Part shown: positions 19,608 to 29,199 of the stretch, one piece after another
Numbering within the stretch: position 1 is the stretch's first letter
Layout of the letters: each line of letters begins with the position of its first letter
Virus record (IMG/VR): IMGVR_UViG_3300030382_001297
Span: 8,518 to 72,517 of that record
DNA length: 64,000 nt
Origin: a virus
Strand: one strand, 5' to 3'
The notes under the pieces: model-generated
Databases searched by the model: none
Told to the model about the DNA's origin: nothing
Seen by the model: only the letters and a program-made list of their open reading frames with translations
Position numbers and translations under genes: made by a program

Positions 19608-21015
19608 TTAATAGAAAGGACTCGTAGTCCTTAATCTCTGAATCCCGTTTGGTTTTAAAAACCTTTGGGTAATCCATTTTCTCTACTTCTGTGGCTTTCT
19701 TTGCTCTCGAACCCAACTCAACGTTGTCGCCAGTAAACGGGTCAACAATTTTAATATCGCTACAAAAGCGCCCATTGTACTCGCTAGCCACGGTAGTCCA
19801 GTTCTCTGCCATAAACTTTTTTGTTTCTTCAACTAACTCACTCCATTTTATTTTTGCCACTGGTTCGTCTATCAGTGGACTTTTGTAATACATACGCTTA
19901 CCCTTTTCATCATCCATCTCTAAGAACCCTGTCATAACTAAACCCATTAAGATAGGGTCCAGTTTAGTGAAAGGTAGTCCTACAGCCTTAGCCGCTTTCT
20001 TTATCTCATTGGTAGACATTCTTATTGTCTCTCCATCTGCAAAACCAAATCTATCTAATCTTGTGTCAGGAAACAACTTAAGTATGTCTGTTCCATGAGC
20101 TGGCATATGTAAACATTCTTCTACAAAGGAATTAAGATATATACGCAACCCTAACCAATTATGTTTAGGTGTTACCATTCCATATTCAATTCCATCTCTT
20201 TCTACCTTCAGTATCTCATCAGGATAGAACCTCGCAACTGCATTAATTAATTTTAATAAGTATTGAACCTTTGACCTTGATACAGGGAAGGCACTAGGGA
20301 TTGCATCAAACAAAAAGGGTGCGCAGGGATTCTTAAGCTTAATAGCCTTCTCTTCATCTCTGTTCACAATCACATCTAATATATGTCTGCGTAAGCCCTC
20401 TATCTCTTCATCATCCATAGTAGTCATGTCTGACATAGGAGAAGCGGCTTCTTTCAGTTTATGTTTGATTACTCTCTCTGTCTGTATCACAGTAGGGTTA
20501 GTATGCATTATCATACATCTACGCTCCAACTCTGCGTCGAAATAAGCTGAACCCTTTGTGTTCTCTACTGCCACACACATAAAGACATACTTAGGATTCA
20601 GTGTTTGTTTTACTGTTTCTCCTATTGTTATATCTGTTTTCTTTCTGAAAGCGGCTCTATTATCACCCCAAGTCTTTATCACTTCCATAATTCCTTCGGG
20701 TAACTTTTGAGCTTCTGGTATAGCTACAAATCTTGAACGATTAATTTTGTCAGACTCATACCATACTGCTGTCTCAGACATATGTTCTATTGTGTGATAG
20801 AACTCATCAGGCAACAGACCAAAGATAGCATCCATGATGACTGTCTTACCTGTGCCCGAATAAGCTTTAATAACAAAGTTAGTATCTTCTAAAAGATATG
20901 ATAAACATGCTGTTAAAGCTGTTGCATCCTCTCCTAAGATAGGATTAAGGTCTCCTTTCCTATTCTTTACATTGTGGAAATATCTTGTTAAATCATGAAC
21001 TTCATATTTTTTCAT
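19543..21015 (-). CDS. AAA+ P-loop ATPase, probable MCM-like replicative helicase
   Basis: Walker A 'AYSGTGKT', degenerate Walker B 'VAIPE', arginine-finger-like 'ELERR', possible C-terminal winged helix. Lies in the replication block. Confidence 0.55.
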   Translation of the reverse strand: MKKYEVHDLTRYFHNVKNRKGDLNPILGEDATALTACLSYLLEDTNFVIKAYSGTGKTVIMDAIFGLLPDEFYHTIEHMSETAVWYESDKINRSRFVAIPEAQKLPEGIMEVIKTWGDNRAAFRKKTDITIGETVKQTLNPKYVFMCVAVENTKGSAYFDAELERRCMIMHTNPTVIQTERVIKHKLKEAASPMSDMTTMDDEEIEGLRRHILDVIVNRDEEKAIKLKNPCAPFLFDAIPSAFPVSRSKVQYLLKLINAVARFYPDEILKVERDGIEYGMVTPKHNWLGLRIYLNSFVEECLHMPAHGTDILKLFPDTRLDRFGFADGETIRMSTNEIKKAAKAVGLPFTKLDPILMGLVMTGFLEMDDEKGKRMYYKSPLIDEPVAKIKWSELVEETKKFMAENWTTVASEYNGRFCSDIKIVDPFTGDNVELGSRAKKATEVEKMDYPKVFKTKRDSEIKDYESFLLNAEGDYNEKETKAIRTHYKKG

Positions 21016-21105
21016 TTATTTACTCTCCATAAATAATATTCAAGCATTAAGAAAGACCACACTATACTAAAGAATATTAAATCCAAGTGATTGGGGCTTT
21101 CATAA

Positions 21106-21390
21106 TCAGTCCAGTTCAACGTGATTCCTCCAATTAGCCAACCATGAAGGGGGTAGACGAGACTTATCTTCATATGCTTCATCTACTTCTCCATCACAGC
21201 CAACCTTTCTGAATGATAACCTATACCATTCAACTATCCATTTCTCTATATTATTTGCTGAGAGAGGTTCACACTCTTCATCTTCAAACATCTTCCTACT
21301 CTCTGCATATATCTTTTCATATAAATACTCATTGAGTTTCATTATAATATTTTCTCCACAATAAGTATAAGAAGGCCATCGCTGGCCCAT
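21106..21390 (-). CDS. Hypothetical protein
   Basis: ORF track; the true start may be the internal Met. Confidence 0.45.
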   Translation of the reverse strand: MGQRWPSYTYCGENIIMKLNEYLYEKIYAESRKMFEDEECEPLSANNIEKWIVEWYRLSFRKVGCDGEVDEAYEDKSRLPPSWLANWRNHVELD

Positions 21391-21426
21391 CTAATATCGC
21401 AAATAATGTTATCCATTCCATTAATG

Positions 21427-22119
21427 TTATATCCATTTTTTCCTCGCTTTTCTTAAATTTAGAACATTGTTCTCACATAGCCTAATGGCATATGTTTTCA
21501 GTTCTTTCTCTTTCATACCACCAAAATTATCTTTCAATAGTAGGAATAAATCAATTAGAGACATAGGGTCTCCATCTTTATCTTCTAAAAACTTAACTAT
21601 CTCTTCAGGAACAATCCAATGATATTCCTGTTCTTCAGAATTAAATAAGGAGGGCCGGAACTTCTCTTTAACAAAAGGTTCCATATCACTTGAGCTTAAG
21701 GCATAGCCGTTAACTGTCCTACCATGTGCTGTAGTAATTTTAGTTCGTTTAAAACCGAACACCACATCAGTGGGGTTAACGTTTTCATCTATTAGCTTAG
21801 TGAAAGTCTTTTGAAAGTGAGTATGCGTAGCTAACGTAGCAGAGAGATAAGATATATTATGCTTACCTCCTCCTACATATTCTGTTTCATTATGGTATAG
21901 ACCATATGTAAATTCATTTATACGAGGTATATCTTGTTTACAGAAAACACATTCTCCATCCTCAGCCCAACATTTAACTCTACGTCTAGTTGATTGATTC
22001 CAATGTTTAACTCTGTGTATTGGTGATATAAATGCAAATTGACCCAACGCACTCATAGAGTCCTCTAACCAAACTCTTTGACTTTTGGGTGACTGAATCC
22101 AATCTGAGTAAACACTCAT
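21427..22119 (-). CDS. Possible Zn-binding ssDNA-binding protein (gp32-like)
   Basis: 'HW......C.....CVFC' motif; replication-gene context. Confidence 0.4.
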   Translation of the reverse strand: MSVYSDWIQSPKSQRVWLEDSMSALGQFAFISPIHRVKHWNQSTRRRVKCWAEDGECVFCKQDIPRINEFTYGLYHNETEYVGGGKHNISYLSATLATHTHFQKTFTKLIDENVNPTDVVFGFKRTKITTAHGRTVNGYALSSSDMEPFVKEKFRPSLFNSEEQEYHWIVPEEIVKFLEDKDGDPMSLIDLFLLLKDNFGGMKEKELKTYAIRLCENNVLNLRKARKKWI

Positions 22120-22490
22120 TTAATGGTTATCTTTTTTCCTTTACTTTCTTCTTGTTTTTGGATTTTAATATCTAATACACCGTTGTTGAACTTAGCTTCG
22201 ACCTTATCAGGGTTTAGCTCAGGAGTGAAACGTTTTCCAAAACTATAATCTCTCTCCTCTGTGGTAGCTTTTACTTCTACCATATGGTTGTCAACATGCA
22301 TCTCTATATCCTTCTTAGCTACTCCGGGCATATCAACGGTGATAGTTATCTCACCGTTCTTATCTTCCCAGTCTCCTATGTCACTTTCTTTATTCCATGT
22401 TGGAAACTGTGTAGCTCTGAAGCGAGGGGGTCTACTAGTTATCATATCCATCCAAGCGTCCATAAGGTCGTCCAATGGGTTACTTCTCAT
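22116..22490 (-). CDS. hsp20: Small heat-shock protein (Hsp20/alpha-crystallin)
   Basis: 'ITVDMPGVAKKDI...VEAKFNNGVLDIKI.K....KKI.IK'. Confidence 0.92.
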   Translation of the reverse strand: MRSNPLDDLMDAWMDMITSRPPRFRATQFPTWNKESDIGDWEDKNGEITITVDMPGVAKKDIEMHVDNHMVEVKATTEERDYSFGKRFTPELNPDKVEAKFNNGVLDIKIQKQEESKGKKITIK

Positions 22491-22492
22491 AT

Positions 22493-22705
22493 CTAATCCT
22501 CTACTGTTGTTGCTTTTGCTTCTGTTCTCTTCATTAATCTGAAGTATGGCTTACTTGCGCCTTCCTTCCAATATGAATTCCTGAACATAACGAATTCGTC
22601 ACCAGCTTCGTTCTTGCCGGTGTAGTATACGTTACCGTTCTTATCTGTGTTTCGGAACAATCCGACTACTAGTTCTAATCCAGTTTTCTTTCTTTCGTCT
22701 GTCAT
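22493..22705 (-). CDS. Hypothetical protein
   Basis: Packed ORF, 'GLFRNTDKNGNVYYTG'. Confidence 0.55.
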   Translation of the reverse strand: MTDERKKTGLELVVGLFRNTDKNGNVYYTGKNEAGDEFVMFRNSYWKEGASKPYFRLMKRTEAKATTVED

Positions 22706-22707
22706 AG

Positions 22708-23025
22708 TTATACTTCCTTGCTATCCACCAATGTGGACTCTCTATTTAAGGCTTTCCTTTTCTTTAGTTTGCCTGTTTTTGGGTCTATTGATATACCGTA
22801 ATTATTAGCTATCTTTTCTTCTTTAGTCTTATTCTCATTAACATGAGCTTTATATCTCTTTAAAGCTTCTGTTGCTGGTCTCCAAAGATTTGCTAAACAT
22901 TCTCCGCATATCCATACCGCATTTATCACTACGGATGTCTGACCTACCCAATAATCATTGTCATGAATACCTGTTTTACACAAGCTACAATGACTCATGA
23001 GTGTATCTTTTTTGATAGTGTTCAT
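22708..23025 (-). CDS. Zn-finger hypothetical protein
   Basis: CxxC...CxxC. Confidence 0.5.
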   Translation of the reverse strand: MNTIKKDTLMSHCSLCKTGIHDNDYWVGQTSVVINAVWICGECLANLWRPATEALKRYKAHVNENKTKEEKIANNYGISIDPKTGKLKKRKALNRESTLVDSKEV

Positions 23026-23291
23026 GAGTAGTGTTTACCATCCTGTTGTCCTTCCCCTGCGTTCCAGAACTTAGGGTTGTTCTCATACCTATCACATATA
23101 TATTTATATGTATCGGTAAAGAACCTTTCTATGTCAATCTTCTCATCTGGTATAATTTCCATATGGAAAGGACCAATGCGTAACATATGAGTTTGTTGCG
23201 TTTCTCTCCTCGCAGCGTCTATCTTTGTGCTTATCAATTCAGCCGCCATTTGGGCGACTTCTTCTCTATGCTCAGAAGATGAATCTGTCAT
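23022..23291 (-). CDS. Hypothetical protein
   Basis: GGAGG RBS; coupled ORF. Confidence 0.5.
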   Translation of the reverse strand: MTDSSSEHREEVAQMAAELISTKIDAARRETQQTHMLRIGPFHMEIIPDEKIDIERFFTDTYKYICDRYENNPKFWNAGEGQQDGKHYS

Positions 23292-23538
23292 CTATAACCT
23301 CCAGTTTGATTAATATCTTTCTCAGGTTATTTATCTTCCCATCTACTTCACTTATTCGGTTCTCTAAGTCATCAAAACGTTGAGACATATAGTCTATTCT
23401 TTTTAGTATCTCTTCTACGTTAGTGACAAAAGGAAACCAATTACTATCTTCGCTGTATTGGGCGTTTCTTTTGTTTATTTCTTCGGCCCACCTTATGTGG
23501 TGGTCTCTTTTTGCCTTCTTTTCTGATTCTATTGTCAT
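23272..23538 (-). CDS. Coiled-coil hypothetical protein
   Basis: Heptad pattern in the C-terminal half. Confidence 0.5.
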   Translation of the reverse strand: MTIESEKKAKRDHHIRWAEEINKRNAQYSEDSNWFPFVTNVEEILKRIDYMSQRFDDLENRISEVDGKINNLRKILIKLEVIDDRFIF

Positions 23539-23770
23539 GTCTGTTTCTCTTTAACATTTTCATTGTCGATTTATTCTTTCGTGGATTTAGATGATACTCC
23601 ATGCCTGTATGCGCATCTTTATAATAACGGATATAACCCATCCAATAATCTCTACAATTATCTTCTGTAGGTTCTAACCCTCTTTGAACACACTTAGCCA
23701 TAAGACGTTGAACCATTTTATTCTGCTTACCTTTAGCCCATATCTTATCAAATGCATCCCATCTACTCAT
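23444..23770 (-). CDS. Basic hypothetical protein
   Basis: ORF track; overlaps the downstream ORF. Confidence 0.45.
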   Translation of the reverse strand: MSRWDAFDKIWAKGKQNKMVQRLMAKCVQRGLEPTEDNCRDYWMGYIRYYKDAHTGMEYHLNPRKNKSTMKMLKRNRHDNRIRKEGKKRPPHKVGRRNKQKKRPIQRR

Positions 23771-24095
23771 CTTTCTCTACCTTTAACTCACCACAGTGGG
23801 GACAGTTAAACTTATTAGCTTTCTTCATCCCCACGTAGTCTCTATCACACTGTAAACATCTCATAGGGAGTCCTCCCATTGAATCTTATCTACTTCCACT
23901 TCAGGTATCTGATAGAAACCCTTTCTACCACATATGTTACATTTATATTCTGCCATAGTGACCTCCGAATATGCATGTTCATTAACTATTTTAACCTTTT
24001 CGTGTTTGCATCTCATGGTATAATGTAATATCCTAATATCATTCCAAATCCTAGTCCGAATAGGAACCCTGATAGCATATCCATCGCTTGATTAC

Positions 24096-24437
24096 TCATG
24101 AGAACATACCATCATATGACTTGGTGTCTATACCATCTAGTGTATCCATTGATTTCTTTAGTTGTAAAAATTTCTCCTCCTCGTCGGTAGCAGTCTTTAT
24201 CATTAACTCAAAATGTTTTACTAAGGCTAGTATAGCCATCTCTTGCCATCTTTCTAAATTGTAGAAAGAGGATACTTTCTTTAGGTCTTTACCTATGTTA
24301 GTGACGTTTATATCTCTAAAAGCTTTGACGAGTAGTTCCCATTGCTGAATCTCTTCAGTAGTCATTAATTCAGCAATAGACATAACATCCTCATCAGCTT
24401 CTATAAGCTTACAGAAGCCGTCGAGCAATTCACCCAT
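24096..24437 (-). CDS. Hypothetical protein
   Basis: Packed minus-strand ORF. Confidence 0.5.
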   Translation of the reverse strand: MGELLDGFCKLIEADEDVMSIAELMTTEEIQQWELLVKAFRDINVTNIGKDLKKVSSFYNLERWQEMAILALVKHFELMIKTATDEEEKFLQLKKSMDTLDGIDTKSYDGMFS

Positions 24438-24439
24438 AT

Positions 24440-24610
24440 TTAATCAACTATCTCTACGTTGACTTTCTTAAGAGCAAAGTGGCCGTCGTCTTCACATTGC
24501 ATCCAAACAACGTTACTTCCTATGGCACATTCCATCTCTTCCAATATGTTATCAGGTATGTAAACCCTCTTATATTGGTCGATTGTTTTTATGGTTCCCA
24601 TTTGTTTCAT
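24440..24610 (-). CDS. AbrB/MazE-like swapped-hairpin DNA-binding protein, 56 aa (not in ORF track)
   Basis: Manual translation MKQMGTIKTIDQYKRVYIPDNILEEMECAIGSNVVWMQCEDDGHFALKKVNVEIVD shows the 'ID...RV.IP..I...L....G..V' pattern. Confidence 0.6.
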   Translation of the reverse strand: MKQMGTIKTIDQYKRVYIPDNILEEMECAIGSNVVWMQCEDDGHFALKKVNVEIVD

Positions 24611-24924
24611 TATATCACCATTCTATCAATACGATAAGCTCGGACATGCTGAGGGTGTTTATTAGTAAACTGTTTAAGGTTATACCTGTTGTCTACACCA
24701 ATAGCATATACCATGCCTTCACTTGATACTCTTACATCCTCTACTAGGATATTTCTAACTGAGTCACTATCTCTCTCATGTTTCCATGTAGAGAAGTCGA
24801 ACTCTGTTCTTACTTCAGGATTATACCTGAAGCTTACTTGCTTGTGGTTTCCGGTGGTCTGATAGTGTTCAGCCGCCCGATAAACCTTATCGAATACGTT
24901 TGTTCTTGATTCCATATTAATCAC
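24610..24924 (-). CDS. WYL-domain-like protein
   Basis: 'VSFRY...R.I.V.......Y..G.D......RAYRIDRM' resembles WYL. Own TATA box at ~24950. Confidence 0.5.
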   Translation of the reverse strand: MINMESRTNVFDKVYRAAEHYQTTGNHKQVSFRYNPEVRTEFDFSTWKHERDSDSVRNILVEDVRVSSEGMVYAIGVDNRYNLKQFTNKHPQHVRAYRIDRMVI

Positions 24925-25049
24925 TCCGTGAACCTAATAACTAGTGTATATATAAAGCTTTCGCTATTGTATATATCACTGCTTGTAAAGTATAGACTTT
25001 CATCTGGTCTATACGTGAAATTTCTAATGGTAAATGAGTCCAAAATATA

Positions 25050-25235
25050 TCACTCATATCTCATTGTCTTCTTGTTCCATTTAAACTCTTTGGGGTCGCA
25101 TATAACACAACGCCAACTACCATCAATTCCATAAACGATGGCTCTACCATCACACCTTTCGCATCTACTTATCGACATAATACTCCCTATGTATTTCACC
25201 TGAGCCATAGATAATACGCTATGACCACTAAACAT
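25050..25235 (-). CDS. Small Zn-ribbon protein
   Basis: CERC...CVIC. Confidence 0.45.
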   Translation of the reverse strand: MFSGHSVLSMAQVKYIGSIMSISRCERCDGRAIVYGIDGSWRCVICDPKEFKWNKKTMRYE

Positions 25236-25480
25236 ATTAGGTTGCCAACCGTATATAAGAGTATCTCTGTCATAGATATATCTCTTAGAATGTGGGGTAA
25301 TTTATAGGTCGGCCCTTTCTTTACTTTTTGCGATTTAATATGGTCTACCTTATAATGGGGCATACTGTTCCAACACTCATCACAAAGGTATGCTCTAATG
25401 TGAGGTTGTTCAGACATATAATGTATCCTACATTTATGACAGTTATGCCATAAAGCCTCATAGTATGGAGGTCTAGACAT
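25196..25480 (-). CDS. Zn-finger protein with C-terminal TM helix
   Basis: CHKC...CDEC; hydrophobic C-terminus. Confidence 0.5.
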   Translation of the reverse strand: MSRPPYYEALWHNCHKCRIHYMSEQPHIRAYLCDECWNSMPHYKVDHIKSQKVKKGPTYKLPHILRDISMTEILLYTVGNLICLVVIAYYLWLR

Positions 25481-25931
25481 CTATCCCCCAAATACTCAGC
25501 AGTATGAACAACTGCATCCAACCATAGCTAAATTCTTCTAAGCTCATAAAAAATAATTAGTAAATATTAGTCCTGCGTAGAGTAGAGCTATTAACAATGT
25601 AAAATAATTCCATTTAGTTAATTTGGCTAACTCATTTCGTTGTGCTTCATTCAGTCTCATATAGCTCCGGATGTAATATCTTTTTTTCTGCTTGCATCTT
25701 TACATAGCAGTCATCACATACATATGTTTGAATATGTTTACTCACTACGCTTACTCTTCTACAGTATACGCAGTCATTTATCTTAGGCATCTTATCTCCT
25801 CTTGGTCTTTACTACTCTCTTTATAGGGACTTTACTCTTATAAGGTTCGTTAAAGTCTATAAACTGTCCACCCTTCTCCGAACTTGGCGGGAGGGTATAT
25901 CCTTCATATGGTTGCTTGCTTGCTTTCTTTC

Positions 25932-26435
25932 TCATAGTATCTCTTCATATAACTTATGTAAGTTCCATCTCAATGGTGCTTTCAATCGTTCCACTTTATA
26001 TGCATGTTCCTCGAACCATGCCCACTTCACTGATTTACTTTTATACTTCTTGCTGTATAGATATAACGCCTGACTTGGTGTTATAGCATAACATTTTTTA
26101 TTTCTATACTCTTCTCTTCTAATTAGGATAAGCGATATTCCGCCCTTCCTTACTAACTTGTTGCCCTCATCTATTTGGTGTTTAGCGATAGCACGCCCAC
26201 TACCATAATATAGAGGAAAAGAAGTAAGATTCCTACTTGTTTTAGCCTCAAGCATAATAGGTCTACTTCTGTATACCGTAAAGAAGTCTGCTGGTTGTTT
26301 CTCAGCAACAGCTTGTTTAACGAATCTATTAATGTCATTGGTATCTTGTATCCTGAACCACCATATATGTCTTGACGACTTTAGGCTACGTCTGATTTCA
26401 TTTTCAAAGTTCTTTCCTGTGTCTTTCTTTCCCAT
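25932..26435 (-). CDS. Holliday junction resolvase (Hjc/RecU-like PD-(D/E)XK)
   Basis: 'GKNFENEI...PADF.......LEAKTS......HQ'. Confidence 0.78.
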   Translation of the reverse strand: MGKKDTGKNFENEIRRSLKSSRHIWWFRIQDTNDINRFVKQAVAEKQPADFFTVYRSRPIMLEAKTSRNLTSFPLYYGSGRAIAKHQIDEGNKLVRKGGISLILIRREEYRNKKCYAITPSQALYLYSKKYKSKSVKWAWFEEHAYKVERLKAPLRWNLHKLYEEIL

Positions 26436-26689
26436 ACAGCATCACTACGCTATTATAGTAGAACACAGTCATTATAGAACAGTGCTCTATATAGTAATAC
26501 TATAAGGAGTTATATAAAGCTTTGCTAAATAGGGCTTATTCCTTATGTCTAAAGTAAGTTTGATGGTCGCCATAGAAGTCATATGGGTCTTTATTGTTAA
26601 TCCATTTCAATGTGCAGTCAGAACAATATCCTCCGAATAAGTCTGATTCTGCTGATGACATACGCTTCCTGCATCTTTTACACCATTTA

Positions 26690-27586
26690 TCACTGTATTG
26701 CACGTTCCCTCACACTCTTAGGTATTTGGTCATATGTGCAATCTTCTACGTCCTTATCGTCTCTCCAATGTAAAAACTTAGGGTGTCTTATACTCCCTGA
26801 TGGATACCATGTATTACCTTTAGCCTTAAAGACCTGACCAATATAAACTTCTGGGTTCTTAGTAAAATCCTGTCGCATGGCCTCAGTGAGACCCCCACAG
26901 GTGACATATACTTCTTTATCATAAAATGTTCCAATTACTCCCCCTACTTGTCCCTCATACTTTGTTCCTTCGTCTGCCATCCTAAAGGAATGACATACAT
27001 ATTCTACTTCAACTACTGCTTTCATTCTCGCCCATGCGTTTCGGTGTTGATACTCACTCGTGCTATCTTTAAACACAAGCCCTTCATATGCTTCACCTAT
27101 AACATAGTGGTCCCATAACTCAGGCCACTGATAAGTCTCATATGTCTCTAAAATGTCGAGCCATTCTAATTCTTGTTTACATTGTTCCCAAGCCCATTCC
27201 GAACATAAAGTTCTTTCAGCTAACTCTTTTGATTCAATGTTTTTACCTTCAAATCTCAAGCAATCGAATATATAAAACTCACCATCTATATCTCTTGTGT
27301 GCGCCCAATGGGAACCATACATATATTCTCCCAACAGAACAGAGTCTATTGTTGAATCTGATATAACTCCCTCACTCTTTTTCTTACCTGTTCTTGAGTA
27401 TATAGCCCACTGTCCATTATTTATTATAAGACAACCCCAGATACCATCCATCTTCATTTGAACCATATCGTATTGTATTGGAATCTCCCTATCCTTACGA
27501 TAGATTAACTCTCTAAACTTCGGTCTATCTACTCTTGCTGAATCTATAAACTTCTCATGTGCGGGAAACCCTGTTATATCTTTCAT
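26690..27586 (-). CDS. lig: Minimal ATP-dependent DNA ligase
   Basis: KxDG (KMDG), 'YSRTGK', 'LLGE', 'FYIFD', 'EGLVFK', 'RMK', and OB-fold end 'RHPKF..WR.DK'. Confidence 0.9.
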   Translation of the reverse strand: MKDITGFPAHEKFIDSARVDRPKFRELIYRKDREIPIQYDMVQMKMDGIWGCLIINNGQWAIYSRTGKKKSEGVISDSTIDSVLLGEYMYGSHWAHTRDIDGEFYIFDCLRFEGKNIESKELAERTLCSEWAWEQCKQELEWLDILETYETYQWPELWDHYVIGEAYEGLVFKDSTSEYQHRNAWARMKAVVEVEYVCHSFRMADEGTKYEGQVGGVIGTFYDKEVYVTCGGLTEAMRQDFTKNPEVYIGQVFKAKGNTWYPSGSIRHPKFLHWRDDKDVEDCTYDQIPKSVRERAIQ

Positions 27587-27745
27587 TATTCCTCTAAATA
27601 TCTTCTTACCATTTTTATGCTATCTTTAAGGGATTCATTTTCTGTTGTCTCAGCTACTTCAAAATCCATATCACATAACATATGTAATGCCTTCTTCCTA
27701 TCCATGTATCGAAGAACTACTCCCACTAAATGTAGGGCTTCTCCT

Positions 27746-27973
27746 CTATTGGTGACCATTCGTTTCTCCTATGTCTAATTTCTCTCCGTAAGGTCTCCAC
27801 TCACTATCAGTCTGTTCGTGTCCTTCTATCTGACATTCTGGACAGTAGTGTTCAATATACCTACTATCATATCCATGTCTCCTTTGGGAAGTCATAAGCG
27901 TATTGCATGGTCTCTCATCGAGTGTCTTTCTTTGACATCTCTTATAGTATAGAGGACTTCTCATTGTTCGCAC
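27746..27973 (-). CDS. Small Cys-containing hypothetical protein
   Basis: ORF track. Confidence 0.45.
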   Translation of the reverse strand: MRTMRSPLYYKRCQRKTLDERPCNTLMTSQRRHGYDSRYIEHYCPECQIEGHEQTDSEWRPYGEKLDIGETNGHQ

Positions 27974-28257
27974 CTCTCACATCCGTTCCGGCAACATTCT
28001 TTACTCATGCCTTCTTCTATCTCTGGGTCAGGTTTCCAAATACCTTTAGCCATTATATCTTTCAGCCATTCATCTTGATACCTTAGTGGCATCTCCATAT
28101 ATATAATCTCAGCTATAGTGCTGATACATTCCTCATATTCTTTATATGTTTTGACTAAGCGTGTCTCTTCATTCTCACCACTACCTTCTGCGATAGGGGT
28201 AACCATCTGGTTTTTCTCATACGTTCTACCGTCAGTGTATTCTGTTTTATATGTCAT
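27961..28257 (-). CDS. Hypothetical protein
   Basis: GGAG RBS; Cys-rich C-terminus. Confidence 0.5.
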   Translation of the reverse strand: MTYKTEYTDGRTYEKNQMVTPIAEGSGENEETRLVKTYKEYEECISTIAEIIYMEMPLRYQDEWLKDIMAKGIWKPDPEIEEGMSKECCRNGCERCEQ

Positions 28258-28406
28258 TATTACTCCTGTTTATATTTTCTTGGTCTTAATGTTAATTTCT
28301 TTTTACTAAATCCAAATTTAGTGTCTATCCATACTACTATTTCTCTTATCATTTTTCATTTCTCCATAATGATATTTCAATATATATCAAATATCTATTT
28401 AAAGGT

Positions 28407-29010
28407 TGTGGTAGAGAGAGATATGAACCCAAAACAAAACTGAAAGATATAAAACCGTCATCCTTGTTTATCACTCGCAATGAGCTTACTCCTTGTGTAG
28501 TTATATATCACACTATACTTATCTTAACTACCGCATCGGCTGTTGTGCAGAGGTATAATGTTCTCAGTATATAGTTCAACAGTGACATATGCTTCTCACG
28601 AACTAAAATCGGTCTATGTCTTTCATCCTTATATACCTGCGTTCACAGTTGGTAAGCATATATGTTCATGCTCATTATGTCCTTCTAACGGACAGTGAAC
28701 TACCACATGACTCAGTGACTCTACTTCTTCTGTCGTGAACGCTTTGATAGGTCTCGCTTGACGTATAGGCATGCCATCTCTCAAGATGGACGCACTCCTA
28801 TACTTGGTTCTCTTATGTGTAGCACCATAACTGCTACCACACCTATCTCATAGTGTTTCTGTCCTAACTCCCCGCTTAGGGTAATGACGCTATTATGATT
28901 AAGCGTATGGGCTTTGTTATCACTATGTATCTCATAGAGCTTGCTTGATTAGCTCAATCACTCTATGTTTCTCAGCGACTTTTGGGCGTATGATTCAGGT
29001 CTCTACCACA
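28407..29010 (-). ncRNA. Candidate large ornate non-coding RNA (~604 nt)
   Basis: No ORF of 60 aa or more. Perfect 11-bp terminal stem (28407-28417/29000-29010) plus at least 10 nested internal helices. Strand inferred from flanking genes. Confidence 0.7.
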
Positions 29011-29017
29011 TTTAGTG

Positions 29018-29085
29018 GGATAGGAGCTTCGAGAGGTAAAATGAGCCAAACAACTGTTAAGAAATAAGGTTTGAAACTCCTATCC
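29018..29085 (-). ncRNA. Candidate 68-nt stem-loop small RNA
   Basis: 13-bp terminal stem with one G-U pair that forms only on the minus strand; pyrimidine-rich loop. Confidence 0.5.
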
Positions 29086-29199
29086 TATCACCTTAGGTTT
29101 AAAACTTTAGGAACATCCACATCCATATCATAGTAAAGAATGCTATAAGTATATACCATTCAGCTTCTTGTATGTCTCGTGGATTACTCCATAATTCTT

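Noticed and set aside
28407-29010. RNase P RNA, tmRNA or group I/II intron identity for the large RNA
   Set aside because: I found no GAGGAAAGUCC-type P4 signature, no tRNA-like ends with tag ORF, no group II domain V, and it does not interrupt a gene. A covariance-model scan is still needed.
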